Source: Planctomycetota bacterium
Lineage (GTDB): Bacteria; Planctomycetota; E44-bin39
Reading direction: 5' to 3'
NCBI GenBank assembly: GCA_004376375.1
Contig: SOJX01000015.1
Location: 2,324 to 66,323, forward strand
DNA length: 64,000 bases
Part shown: one piece after another, positions 18,766-27,653 of the stretch
Layout of the letters: every line of letters begins with the position of its first letter
Numbering within the stretch: position 1 is the stretch's first letter
Program-made: the position numbers and the translations under genes
Notes under the pieces: model-generated
The model's database searches: none
The model's input: only the letters and a program-made list of their open reading frames with translations
Told to the model about the DNA's origin: nothing

Positions 18766-20472
18766 TTATTTCTTTCGGTTTCCAACGAGCACGTGGAACC
18801 GACTGCCGAGCCGCATTCTTTCCAATACCTGCACGTTCGGCGGGAGCCTGCCTTTTGAATCTCGTATCAATCCGAGATGTTTATCCGGCATAAGGACAAG
18901 GCGGCTTCCAGGTTCTGCAAGAAAAACTCTGCAGCGCGCAGCCGACTGTCTTCCGACTTTCCCGCTTCTGACCGGCAGGACCTCGAACTTTTTTCCCGAA
19001 TAGAACGCCACGCCGGGGCGAAAGGCTCCGAGAATCGCATTCCTCGTTTCCGGGCCCGAGTTTTTGATAACCGCATCCGCGAGGTGACGCGGCGACTTAA
19101 AAGGATCGAGCGAAGGGAGCAGGGCGGCAACCGTCACGATGTGCGCCGCGACCATGAAAATTGCGATGCTGATAACGCCTGCGCGCCCCCAGGAGAAAAG
19201 AGAACATATCGTTACGGCCGTGCCGAATATCAGAAGAGGAATTAAAAACCACTTTGCACCTGCGGCGACCGTTGACGCTTCCTGCGGATATTGTTTAAAC
19301 CCCATATTTATACCTGCCGGGTAGATTGCAGAAGCAATGAACGCCGCTGCCGCGAATGCGACCATGCCTCCCCGCACCCACCAGAAAAAACTGCTTTCAG
19401 ACTTGCCGAAGAGAAATCCCTCCAGCGCTCTGGCAGTTAGCACCGCAAAGGCCGGATACATCGGGAGGAAATATTTCCCCTGCCGCGAGCCCGATGCGAG
19501 GAAAAAGAGCGCAGCCGTTACGGCCCAGCAAATGAGGAACCTGTCCTGCGGGTCCGGCTTGTGGTGCTTGATGAAAAATGCGAATATGGCCGGGATAAAA
19601 AAAGACCAAGGCAAAAGGTCTAAAGGAAGGCGCGCAAGATAAAAATACCAGCCCCGGCCCTCATGATCCCACGGGGAAAGGAAGCGGGTGAAGTTCTGGC
19701 GGACGATAAGCTCGTATCCCTGCCCTGCCCGTTTAATCGCGAGCACGTACCATGGAATTGCAATCAGCAGTAGCAGGATAGTTCCGTACAGAAAGGCCTC
19801 TCGCGGCGGCGATACGGCGCGCCTTTTCCACAAAAGGCTTGCGATAACCGCCAACGCGGGCAGCACGACACCGACCGGCCCTTTGGAGAGGACGGCAACA
19901 CCTGCAATGGCGAATCCCGCGATAAGGAAAGCGTTGCGGCGCCCCGGTCCGACTTGGGATAAAGTTGCAGGGGCGGGTCTGAGACCCGCCCCTGCATTTT
20001 CTCGGAGCGCTTCACGGATCATGAAACAGGAGGCCGTTACAAACAACACCAGCAGCATGTCGGTGCCGGCGTAGCGGGCGTGCCACAAAAACAGCGTCGT
20101 GGTCGAAAGAATTATGCCGGTGATGATTCCCGTTCGCCGCCCGAACCACATTGACGCGAAAAGGAACGTTACAAGGACGGTGAGTATGGCGGCAATCGCT
20201 GACGGGATTCGCGCCGTAGTTTCAGTGACGCGCCCGAAAAGCAGCACAAACCAGTGGTATAGAACCGGCTTCTGGAGGCGGGGCATGCCGTTTACATGCG
20301 GAACCAGCCAATCCCCGCGCTGAAGCATTTCCTTTGCTTCGAGCGCATAGTATCCTTCTTCCGGCGCCCAGATGTCGCGGCTGCCCAGGGCGGAAAGATA
20401 TATGATACACGTAAACACAAGCAGCAGGAGTGCGGCAGGTATCAGACTTCTTAAGGTGGTGCGGGTTTGCAT
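18766..20472 (-). CDS. GT39/ArnT-PMT family glycosyltransferase (polytopic membrane)
   Basis: RDIWAPEEGYYALEAKEMLQRGDWLVPHVNGMPRLQKPVLYHWF is the typical ArnT/PMT N-terminal loop. At least 10 predicted TM helices. Start lies only 6 nt after the upstream stop. Confidence 0.85.
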   Translation of the reverse strand: MQTRTTLRSLIPAALLLLVFTCIIYLSALGSRDIWAPEEGYYALEAKEMLQRGDWLVPHVNGMPRLQKPVLYHWFVLLFGRVTETTARIPSAIAAILTVLVTFLFASMWFGRRTGIITGIILSTTTLFLWHARYAGTDMLLVLFVTASCFMIREALRENAGAGLRPAPATLSQVGPGRRNAFLIAGFAIAGVAVLSKGPVGVVLPALAVIASLLWKRRAVSPPREAFLYGTILLLLIAIPWYVLAIKRAGQGYELIVRQNFTRFLSPWDHEGRGWYFYLARLPLDLLPWSFFIPAIFAFFIKHHKPDPQDRFLICWAVTAALFFLASGSRQGKYFLPMYPAFAVLTARALEGFLFGKSESSFFWWVRGGMVAFAAAAFIASAIYPAGINMGFKQYPQEASTVAAGAKWFLIPLLIFGTAVTICSLFSWGRAGVISIAIFMVAAHIVTVAALLPSLDPFKSPRHLADAVIKNSGPETRNAILGAFRPGVAFYSGKKFEVLPVRSGKVGRQSAARCRVFLAEPGSRLVLMPDKHLGLIRDSKGRLPPNVQVLERMRLGSRFHVLVGNRKK

Positions 20473-20478
20473 TGAAAA

Positions 20479-21618
20479 CTACTTTTTCCCGCCGGAGAGG
20501 TAAATGGTCCCCTCGAAATCACCGAGTTTGACCGGCGTCTGGTTGCGCTGGGTGGCGGCTGTGACCCCGTTCAGGATGTAAGTATAACCTTCGTTCAGCG
20601 TTACGAATCCGTCCTTGTCCACGTCGGCTTTTCCGCGAAGGCCTTCGAGCAGGTAATGGGTGAAGACGCCGTGTCCCAGGTCGTCGCGCTCCTCGGCGAC
20701 CTCGGACGCGCCGGCCGCGCACATGACGATGCGCCCCTTGCCCTGCGAAAGCTTTCTCAGAAACCTGTCGGAAAGGGTTGCGCGCGTTTCAGAGGTCAGC
20801 GTGCGGACTTTCTGGTTAGGCTTTGAAGCGCCGGCGTAGCAGGCATCCATGTACATTACGATTCGGTCGGCCTTGATGTGCCTGAAATATTCGCCCAGGG
20901 TGCGGACCTGGATCGCGGTCGCGTACAGGTCTTCACGTTCTGCGTCCACGGGTAGAATGTATTTCTCGAGCCCGTCTCCGTCGGGATCGTCCGATGAAGG
21001 ATCGACCGCGCCGTGACCGGCATAGTAGATAAACACGGTATCCGGTTTGCCCGCCTTCTTTTTCAGGGTTATTCTCAACGCTTTTTCAATGGCCGGCCGG
21101 GTCGCGTCATCATTCAGAAGAAGCGTTATGTTCTCTTCCGGTACGCCCAGGTCTTCGGTGAGGAACTTGTTGAACTCTTTCGCGTCCGCGGCTGCGTATT
21201 TCAGCTTTGCCACGTTCTTGTAGTCCGAAATGCCGATTACCGCCGCATATATGGACCGCTTGACCGGCTTGCGATAGACGTGAACGGTCTTGCGAACCTC
21301 ATTCCCGTCCTTGTCGATTGCTATGAGCGTTATCTCGTTGTCGCCTTCCTGCAGGGCAACGGTTTTTTCATAGGTGGCTTTCTTGCGGACCACCAGGTTC
21401 CGCTCCCTGCCCATCTCCTTGCCGTTGACAAAGACTTTCCACTCGGCAATGCCGGCGTCTTCGTCGGAAGCGGTCCCCTTTATCGGGTAGAAGTCTTCAA
21501 CAGTTTCTATGGGCTCTTTCGAATCCGCACCGGCGAGCTCGAGAACGGGTGCGGTTCCCGAACAGCCGACGATACAGGCAAAAACGACCAGGGATGAAAC
21601 AATTGCGGTCAGCTTCAT
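20479..21618 (-). CDS. Caspase-like (peptidase C14) lipoprotein with Ig-like N-domain and C-terminal EF-hand loop
   Basis: ATG 21618 after GGAGG, giving MKLTAIVSSLVVFACIVGCSG. Catalytic dyad contexts FIYYAGHG and MDACYAGAS. EF-hand loop DVDKDGFVTLNE at 20590-20625. The track's 81-aa N-terminal extension is rejected. Confidence 0.85.
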   Translation of the reverse strand: MKLTAIVSSLVVFACIVGCSGTAPVLELAGADSKEPIETVEDFYPIKGTASDEDAGIAEWKVFVNGKEMGRERNLVVRKKATYEKTVALQEGDNEITLIAIDKDGNEVRKTVHVYRKPVKRSIYAAVIGISDYKNVAKLKYAAADAKEFNKFLTEDLGVPEENITLLLNDDATRPAIEKALRITLKKKAGKPDTVFIYYAGHGAVDPSSDDPDGDGLEKYILPVDAEREDLYATAIQVRTLGEYFRHIKADRIVMYMDACYAGASKPNQKVRTLTSETRATLSDRFLRKLSQGKGRIVMCAAGASEVAEERDDLGHGVFTHYLLEGLRGKADVDKDGFVTLNEGYTYILNGVTAATQRNQTPVKLGDFEGTIYLSGGKK

Positions 21619-21670
21619 GATGAATCCTCCGGTATAGAGGTTTAAGCCGGAGCGGCAATGGCGACCATCG

Positions 21671-23719
21671 TTATTTTTTGGGCGCGGGTTTGTAATCCGG
21701 GTCCATGTTGCCGCCGGGCTTCGTTGTGCCCAGGTAAACCTTTTTCTCGACGTAGCGCGACTTGTAGACCGGCGTCTGCTGCTGGCCCGTGGCCTTCGGT
21801 ATTTCCCTGGCAAGGTACTGGTAGATCTCTTCCGTGTCCACGAGCGAATCGCCGTTTGCATCCGCTGCCCCCTTGAGCCCGTTCAGGAGGAAGTAGGTGA
21901 AGATGCCGTGGCCGAGCGATTTCTTTTCCTGCGAGGTCTGGTTCGCGCCGGCTGCCGTGATAACGATCCGGCCCCGTCCGCTTGAGATTCGCTCGAGGAA
22001 CTTGTCGGAAAGTTCGGTGGCGCGCATGCCGGAGCCTGTGAAAATATCCCCGCCCGCGCGCGATGCACCCGAATAACACGCGTCGGAAAGAAAGATAACG
22101 CGGTCGGCGCGGAGTCGGGAGAAGATTACGGAAATCTCGTTCATCGGAAGCGCCGATATCGGGAGGTCGTCTCCCGGAATGGCGTCGTACGGGAGAAGAA
22201 ACTTCTCGAGGCCGTCGCCGTCACGGTTCATCGGGTCCGACTCGGGCGCGCCGTGGCCCGCGAAGTAGATGATGACCGTGTCGTTTACCGTCGCGCGGTT
22301 GCGAAGCTTCGTACCGAGCGCGGACCGTATGTTCCTGAGCGTCGCCTGCTCGTTGTAAAGCTCGATAAGGTTGTCGCCCGAGAGTTTCAGGTACTCGCGG
22401 CAGTAGTCCGCGAACGCTTTTGCGTCCTTCACCGCGTAGTTGAGTTTCGGGATTTTATTCTTGTACTGGTCGATCCCGATAACGCAGGCGTAGATGTTGC
22501 GCTTCTCCTGCCTGCGTTTCACGGTTATCGACCTCACGGACTGGAATTTCTCGACGTCCTTTGCGATGACGGTTATCGTGTTTTCGCCCTGGATAAGGTC
22601 GAGGTTGGTTTCGATTACCTGCGATTTCCTGGCGCCTTTCCCCTCGGATACGGTTCGGCTGCGCCTGGCGCGTTCGAGGTTCCAGCGTTTCTCGGTGCGG
22701 CCGTTCACCAGCACCTCGATTGACTTCACGCCCCAGTCGTCGTCAACCACCACGCGAAAGAAGGTCTCGACGCTTTCCGTGAAAAGCCCGTCCCTCGGGT
22801 AGCCGATCGAGATTATCGGCGGGCTGGACGTCAGCGCCGGACGCATCGCGGATTCGAATTCTTCAGTCAACGTTACTCTGGCGAAATCGTCGGAAAAATA
22901 ATTCAGGAGATCGACCAGGAAGTTTTCCACCACGGGCGTTACCAGCATCTCCTCGACCTTTTTCCAGTTGGATTCCTTCAGCGCGCCGGGAACGCGTATT
23001 ATCCCCCAGTATATCCAGCCGCGCTCGAAATCGTTCAGCGTGACCCGAAGCGGTACGATAATCCGCCTCTCGGCGACGGGCTTCTTCGAAAGCACGCTCG
23101 TGACCGTCAGGTCGCAGACGAGTTTCGCCTCGTAAGCCTCGTCGCGCACGTACCAGCTCGGGACCCAGGTGAAGCTCCAGAGCAGGAAGTTCGACCACCA
23201 GCCCTCGAAGTCCAGGAATTCCACCTCAAAAGATTTCACGTCAACCGAAAGCAGCAGGTCGGCGTCGAGCTTCAGCGCATCGGTGAGAAGGTCTTTCCTG
23301 CTCTCCTTTTTTCCTCCCGCTTTGGGGGCCAGCTTAAATACTTCGTTGAAGATGAAGTTCTTCTTCACTTCTTCATAGATGCGGTCCTGAATGTCATTTG
23401 GCCCGATAGCGACCCGGTGAAAGTGGCGCGTTCCCTTCGGCGCGGGAGCGGCCGGCTCTTTAACCTTAGGGGTCGACGTGCCGGAGCCGGCTTCGGGTTC
23501 GGTCGAAACCTCGGGAGGCGCATTGCGATGGGTCGTATCGCCCGGTTTTGCGGGCGCGGGTTTCTCATCACCGATAGAAATAGTCACCGGCGCGACGGCG
23601 AGTTTATAAGTCAGCGGTTTCGCAAGTCTGCGCTGGAACTTCTTTGTCTCGATTGTCTGCGCGCAGCCGGCGATGACAAGGGCGGTGAGAACCGTGAGCA
23701 CAATAACTATGCGGCGCAT
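21671..23719 (-). CDS. Caspase-like (peptidase C14) lipoprotein, long form
   Basis: ATG 23719 after AAGGAG, giving MRRIVIVLTVLTALVIAGC. About 330-aa N-domain, an Ig-like segment, IIYFAGHG and LSDACYSGAS, and EF-hand-like DANGDSLVDTEE at 21827-21862. Confidence 0.8.
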   Translation of the reverse strand: MRRIVIVLTVLTALVIAGCAQTIETKKFQRRLAKPLTYKLAVAPVTISIGDEKPAPAKPGDTTHRNAPPEVSTEPEAGSGTSTPKVKEPAAPAPKGTRHFHRVAIGPNDIQDRIYEEVKKNFIFNEVFKLAPKAGGKKESRKDLLTDALKLDADLLLSVDVKSFEVEFLDFEGWWSNFLLWSFTWVPSWYVRDEAYEAKLVCDLTVTSVLSKKPVAERRIIVPLRVTLNDFERGWIYWGIIRVPGALKESNWKKVEEMLVTPVVENFLVDLLNYFSDDFARVTLTEEFESAMRPALTSSPPIISIGYPRDGLFTESVETFFRVVVDDDWGVKSIEVLVNGRTEKRWNLERARRSRTVSEGKGARKSQVIETNLDLIQGENTITVIAKDVEKFQSVRSITVKRRQEKRNIYACVIGIDQYKNKIPKLNYAVKDAKAFADYCREYLKLSGDNLIELYNEQATLRNIRSALGTKLRNRATVNDTVIIYFAGHGAPESDPMNRDGDGLEKFLLPYDAIPGDDLPISALPMNEISVIFSRLRADRVIFLSDACYSGASRAGGDIFTGSGMRATELSDKFLERISSGRGRIVITAAGANQTSQEKKSLGHGIFTYFLLNGLKGAADANGDSLVDTEEIYQYLAREIPKATGQQQTPVYKSRYVEKKVYLGTTKPGGNMDPDYKPAPKK

Positions 23720-23809
23720 TGGATGCTCCTTACCGTTAATTGATTTCAGGAACATGATTTTACATTCCCCTTGAATCCCTGTCAAGGATGTGTTGAACGG
23801 TTACGTGAA

Positions 23810-26362
23810 TTACTCCCCTGGAGCGTAATAGATGCCGTAGCCGGCGAGTTCTTTTCTTGCCGCGTCGCGGATCGCGGACGGCGTCAATTTCGGAATATCT
23901 GCAAGGGACGGCTCGCGGTCGCCCAGCTCCGGCAGCACGTCTGGATTGTCGCTGATGTAGTCCAGAAGCATCTCGAAAATCCGCCGGGCCATCAGATGGT
24001 AAGGCGAGTATTTAATCGGCTCACGGTCCGGCGAAAGCAGCCGGATGTAGTAAGGGCGGTAGTCCTCGGTTTTAAGCCAGCCAAGCAGCTCGCTCAGACC
24101 GACGTGCGGGTAGTGTGCGCAGGCAAGGGCGTTCAGCTCGGCGACGGTCTCGAACCTTGCCGCGATTGACGTAGGGCTGAAGCCGTGCGATATCACGATC
24201 CACAGGCCGCGAAGCGGGTGGCGCCACGCAGGCATAAGGCGCCTGAAGTCGAGGAGATGGCCAACCTCGTGGTCGGCCACGTTTTCATACTCGCCGGTGA
24301 AAAGTCGCTCGCGCACTTCCGGCGTGAATTCGGGCGAAAGATTTCCTATACAGTGCTTGAGGGCTCCCTCCTGGAAAGCTTTCTGAACCGCTTTCGTTAC
24401 GGCGAGGCGGCTGGATTTCTTCCTGTTCTCAAATTGTTTGGCGTTGTATTTTTCAAGCGGGGTGACATGAATGTTTCTTCCCCCCTTAAATACCTCTAAT
24501 GTTTTCGCGTCAGGTTCCACGCTTTCCACTTCCACGAAATACCCGGTCGCGGAATAGGACGCGCTTCCCGCGATGTGGCCGCCCTCGTCGAGCTGGCCTG
24601 ACGAACCGCATATAAGGCTGTGGCCGCAAACCCATGAGGTGTATTTTACCTCAGCGCCACCCACAACACAGCTCTCGTCAAGGATGGCGAGCAGGTCCAT
24701 CAGCTTGCATTCAACCGGTCCGCCGGCCGTCTGCTGCATTTCAAGGTATTGGCCGTGGTTCAGGAAATACGCGACAAGCGCACCGCCCGGGCGGGATATC
24801 GGACAGATTTCCGAGCCGAAAAATGTGGCTGTGTATACGGGGTTTTCCTTCTGTTGCGGCAGGGCCACGCAGGTACGCGCGATATCCTCCATGTCGGCCA
24901 GGACTTCCTCGATCGATGGCACGTCGCTTTTTCGACGTGCGCGCCTGTAATAGTTTTCCATGTAATTCGTAAGCCGTTCAATAAGTCGCTGGTGCTGCCG
25001 CGCACGCTGCAGTTCGCGGAATGCAGGCTTGTGAACCCTGTTCATACTGAGGGCGGTCTTATAGGCGATAATCGCTTCCTCGGTCCAGCCGATCTTCATG
25101 CAGGCGTCGCCGTATTCCGATATCGTTTCCGCGGAAGGCTGGTTTTCAGCTTCCTCGGCGGCTTTCAGTAAATTTTCAAAACGTTTTCGGAAACGGTTGT
25201 TTTCCGCAAACATGAATTTCCTGGGCGCTATCTCCAGCCACTGTTTGATTCCGCTGTGATATTTCTTTTCGCGCGCGGCAAGGCGCCGCCTGGCTGCGGC
25301 CGTGGCAAGGCGAAGCGGCGCGAGTTTTTCCGCCTGGGCATAGCTTGCACGTGCTTCCTTCAGCATGCCCGAGTATTCGAGGAAATAGCCGTGGAAGAAT
25401 CTGAAAGGTGCGCTATCCGGGAATTCGTTAATCGCGCGCCGTGACGCAAGAAGCCCGGCCGTAACCAGTCTGAGCTCCTTCAGGTTCTTGAGGAACTGAA
25501 AATGAATAACCAGGCGCAATACGCGCGGGAATTTGTTTTCATAACCCTCTTCGCCCGCCCTGCGGAGTATGCGGTAGGCCAGCTGCGGCTGTGACGCCCG
25601 AAGCGCGGCTGTGGCAAGGCACATGAAGCGGTCAGGGCCGAAGTCTGCTTTTGTAATCTCGCGCTCATGCAGATGAAGCAGTTCGAGCGGGGGGATGAAT
25701 CTCAGGTGAGCGTAAAGCGTCGCCGCGTCGTCAAACGAGAGAGGCGTTCTGTGCCGCTCGGCGTCGAGCACGTGGTCGCCAAGCAGCTTGCCTGCTTCGT
25801 CCCAGTCGTCTGTCTTGAGCAGGGCGATGGCGTATGCTCCGCGTGCGCCGGGATGGTTGAGGTTGGCTTCATAGGCCAGGCGGAAGTGCTCCAGCGCGGC
25901 GTCGAAGTCGTTTTCATCAAAAGCCTTGTTTCCGAGCCATATCCTTGCCTGAGGGATCTCAGGGTTAACCTCGGCGAATTCTTCAAGTTTTCCGGTATTC
26001 GGATGGTTCCCCGGGGGAGCAGCTATAAGCCAGGCCAGTTTAATAACGGCGTCAGGAATCCGGTCAAGTGGCTGGACTTCTTTCAAAGACTCGTAAGGAT
26101 TACGACCTGATTTGAAACATTCAATCATTGCGGGGAGGACGGCATCGGCGTCGTTCGGGTAAAGCGCGGCCGCAAGCCGGGCAACCTGAAAAGCCTCTTC
26201 TCGGTCAATTTTTGTAATTCCCGGGTTTTCGTTTGCAAGGGATGCGCGGGCAGTATAGCGGTCCACCATCCCAAGCAGTGCGCGCCTGAGCGATTTTTGC
26301 CGCGTGCAGCCGGTAGCGGCAATTAAGATTATTAATATTGCCAGAACTCTGAGTCGCTTCAT
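23810..26362 (-). CDS. TPR-repeat lipoprotein with C-terminal HExxH metallopeptidase-like motif
   Basis: Signal and lipobox ILIAATGC. TPR-like N-terminal half. HEVGH encoded at 24257-24271. Start overlaps the DUF58 stop (ATGA). Confidence 0.75.
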   Translation of the reverse strand: MKRLRVLAILIILIAATGCTRQKSLRRALLGMVDRYTARASLANENPGITKIDREEAFQVARLAAALYPNDADAVLPAMIECFKSGRNPYESLKEVQPLDRIPDAVIKLAWLIAAPPGNHPNTGKLEEFAEVNPEIPQARIWLGNKAFDENDFDAALEHFRLAYEANLNHPGARGAYAIALLKTDDWDEAGKLLGDHVLDAERHRTPLSFDDAATLYAHLRFIPPLELLHLHEREITKADFGPDRFMCLATAALRASQPQLAYRILRRAGEEGYENKFPRVLRLVIHFQFLKNLKELRLVTAGLLASRRAINEFPDSAPFRFFHGYFLEYSGMLKEARASYAQAEKLAPLRLATAAARRRLAAREKKYHSGIKQWLEIAPRKFMFAENNRFRKRFENLLKAAEEAENQPSAETISEYGDACMKIGWTEEAIIAYKTALSMNRVHKPAFRELQRARQHQRLIERLTNYMENYYRRARRKSDVPSIEEVLADMEDIARTCVALPQQKENPVYTATFFGSEICPISRPGGALVAYFLNHGQYLEMQQTAGGPVECKLMDLLAILDESCVVGGAEVKYTSWVCGHSLICGSSGQLDEGGHIAGSASYSATGYFVEVESVEPDAKTLEVFKGGRNIHVTPLEKYNAKQFENRKKSSRLAVTKAVQKAFQEGALKHCIGNLSPEFTPEVRERLFTGEYENVADHEVGHLLDFRRLMPAWRHPLRGLWIVISHGFSPTSIAARFETVAELNALACAHYPHVGLSELLGWLKTEDYRPYYIRLLSPDREPIKYSPYHLMARRIFEMLLDYISDNPDVLPELGDREPSLADIPKLTPSAIRDAARKELAGYGIYYAPGE

Positions 26363-27234
26363 GCGGCGAGGATTCCTTTCTCCAGAACGTCTCGGACGAT
26401 ATCGATAAACGGCATATCGGACGGTGCAGGCAGGTAATGCGCACCCGCTCGAATGCAGGATGCCTCAAGCGACATCAGGTGCTCCTGGAATGACGCCTCG
26501 TATGCGTCAAGCGTTTTTTCGTCCGCAGACGTCGTCAGGGATTCGGAAGTCTCAACGTTTGTAATGCGAAGGTCGCCGACGGCGTCGGGTCGGGCCTCCG
26601 CCTGCGCGAAGACGTGGAGCACGAATACGTCGAACCTGTGGTGGCGGAGAAACTTCACGGTGTCCAGCGCGGCGTCCGGTTCGCAAAGGTCGGAGGCAAA
26701 CACTGCAAGCCCTCGCCGCTGCTGGGGCAGTGCCAGTTTTCTCGCCGCGGCAAGGGGGTCGGTCATGCCGCCCGCGGTCAGGTTTTCGAGATAGTTGAGT
26801 ATCCCGGTAATGCTGCCCTTCCCTTTCCTCGGCGAAAGGGGGGTGCCGGGCCTTTCGGCAAACGGGGCTATGGCAACCTCGTCGAAACGTGAAAGCGCGA
26901 CGTATGCCAGCGCTGCGACTAGCCTGCGCGCGGCGTCGAACTTGGTTTCGATTTTCATCGAGTCGGATGAGTCAAGAAGAAACGTTACGCGGAGATCTTC
27001 CTCTTCCTCGAAGACGCGGAGCAGCAGCTTGCCGAGCCGCCCGTAAAGGTTCCAGTCGAGGTAGCGAAAATCGTCGCCGGGCGAGTATGCGCGGTGGTCT
27101 GCGAATTCCTGACCGCTGCCGAGCTTGCGCATTCGCTCGCGGAGCTGGCGCTGTTTCGCGAAGACCCGCTTCGCAAGGACCGCGAGGTATTCGAGCGTTG
27201 AAACGAATTCGTCGTCAAACAGTTTTTCAGGCAT
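26359..27234 (-). CDS. DUF58 (vWA-like, MoxR-associated) protein
   Basis: GSGQEFADHRAYSPGDDFRYLDWNLYGRLGKLLLRVFEEEEDLRVTFLLDSSDSM is the DUF58 signature. Confidence 0.85.
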   Translation of the reverse strand: MPEKLFDDEFVSTLEYLAVLAKRVFAKQRQLRERMRKLGSGQEFADHRAYSPGDDFRYLDWNLYGRLGKLLLRVFEEEEDLRVTFLLDSSDSMKIETKFDAARRLVAALAYVALSRFDEVAIAPFAERPGTPLSPRKGKGSITGILNYLENLTAGGMTDPLAAARKLALPQQRRGLAVFASDLCEPDAALDTVKFLRHHRFDVFVLHVFAQAEARPDAVGDLRITNVETSESLTTSADEKTLDAYEASFQEHLMSLEASCIRAGAHYLPAPSDMPFIDIVRDVLEKGILAA

Positions 27235-27315
27235 AACCGGTTTTAGCTCCGTCTTTTAGTGTATGCGAGGCATTGAGGAGAATCAAGCGCAAACCGGCAG
27301 TGCGTGGGGGGAACA

Positions 27316-27474
27316 TTAGAACAGCGGGTAGAGCCAGGGCGCGAGCGGTGAACTTGATGCAAACGCGAGAAACATGCCCAGAAGCACGAGAATAATAATA
27401 ATCGGGATTAGCCACCACTTTTTTTCCTGCTTGATAAACAGCCAGAATTCCTTGAGAATGCTTATCTTGGCCAT
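27316..27474 (-). CDS. Small (52 aa) membrane protein, DUF5989-like; absent from the ORF track
   Basis: Own translation: MAKISILKEFWLFIKQEKKWWLIPIIIILVLLGMFLAFASSSPLAPWLYPLF, stop TAA 27316-27318. It matches my memory of the small proteins that accompany SxtJ and carbamoyltransferase genes. It replaces track ORF 27227-27511, which is in another frame. Confidence 0.65.
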   Translation of the reverse strand: MAKISILKEFWLFIKQEKKWWLIPIIIILVLLGMFLAFASSSPLAPWLYPLF

Positions 27475-27653
27475 TTTTATTCATTACCTCGCATTCATCC
27501 GCGGATTTCAATTGCTGGCGGCATTATAGAAGGACATAAAGGCTGATACAAGGATTTTCTGCCGATGAAGAGTAGCGGGCTTTCCCACATCTTGGCTCAA
27601 CAGACTCCGGTGGCGCCTTCCTGCATTTTGTCGTGCAGCAATCTCATGATTCT

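Noticed and set aside
20479-21861. 460-aa version of caspase 1 (and the 704-aa version of caspase 2, 21671-23785).
   Set aside because: The extra N-terminal residues are Arg/Ser-rich junk. Internal ATGs at 21618 and 23719 have GGAGG/AAGGAG RBSs and start canonical lipoprotein signal peptides.
27227-27511. 94-aa track ORF between the radical SAM gene and DUF58.
   Set aside because: It uses a TTG start, has an implausible sequence and overlaps the DUF58 start. A different frame contains a 52-aa ORF with a clean membrane-protein pattern (27316-27474).
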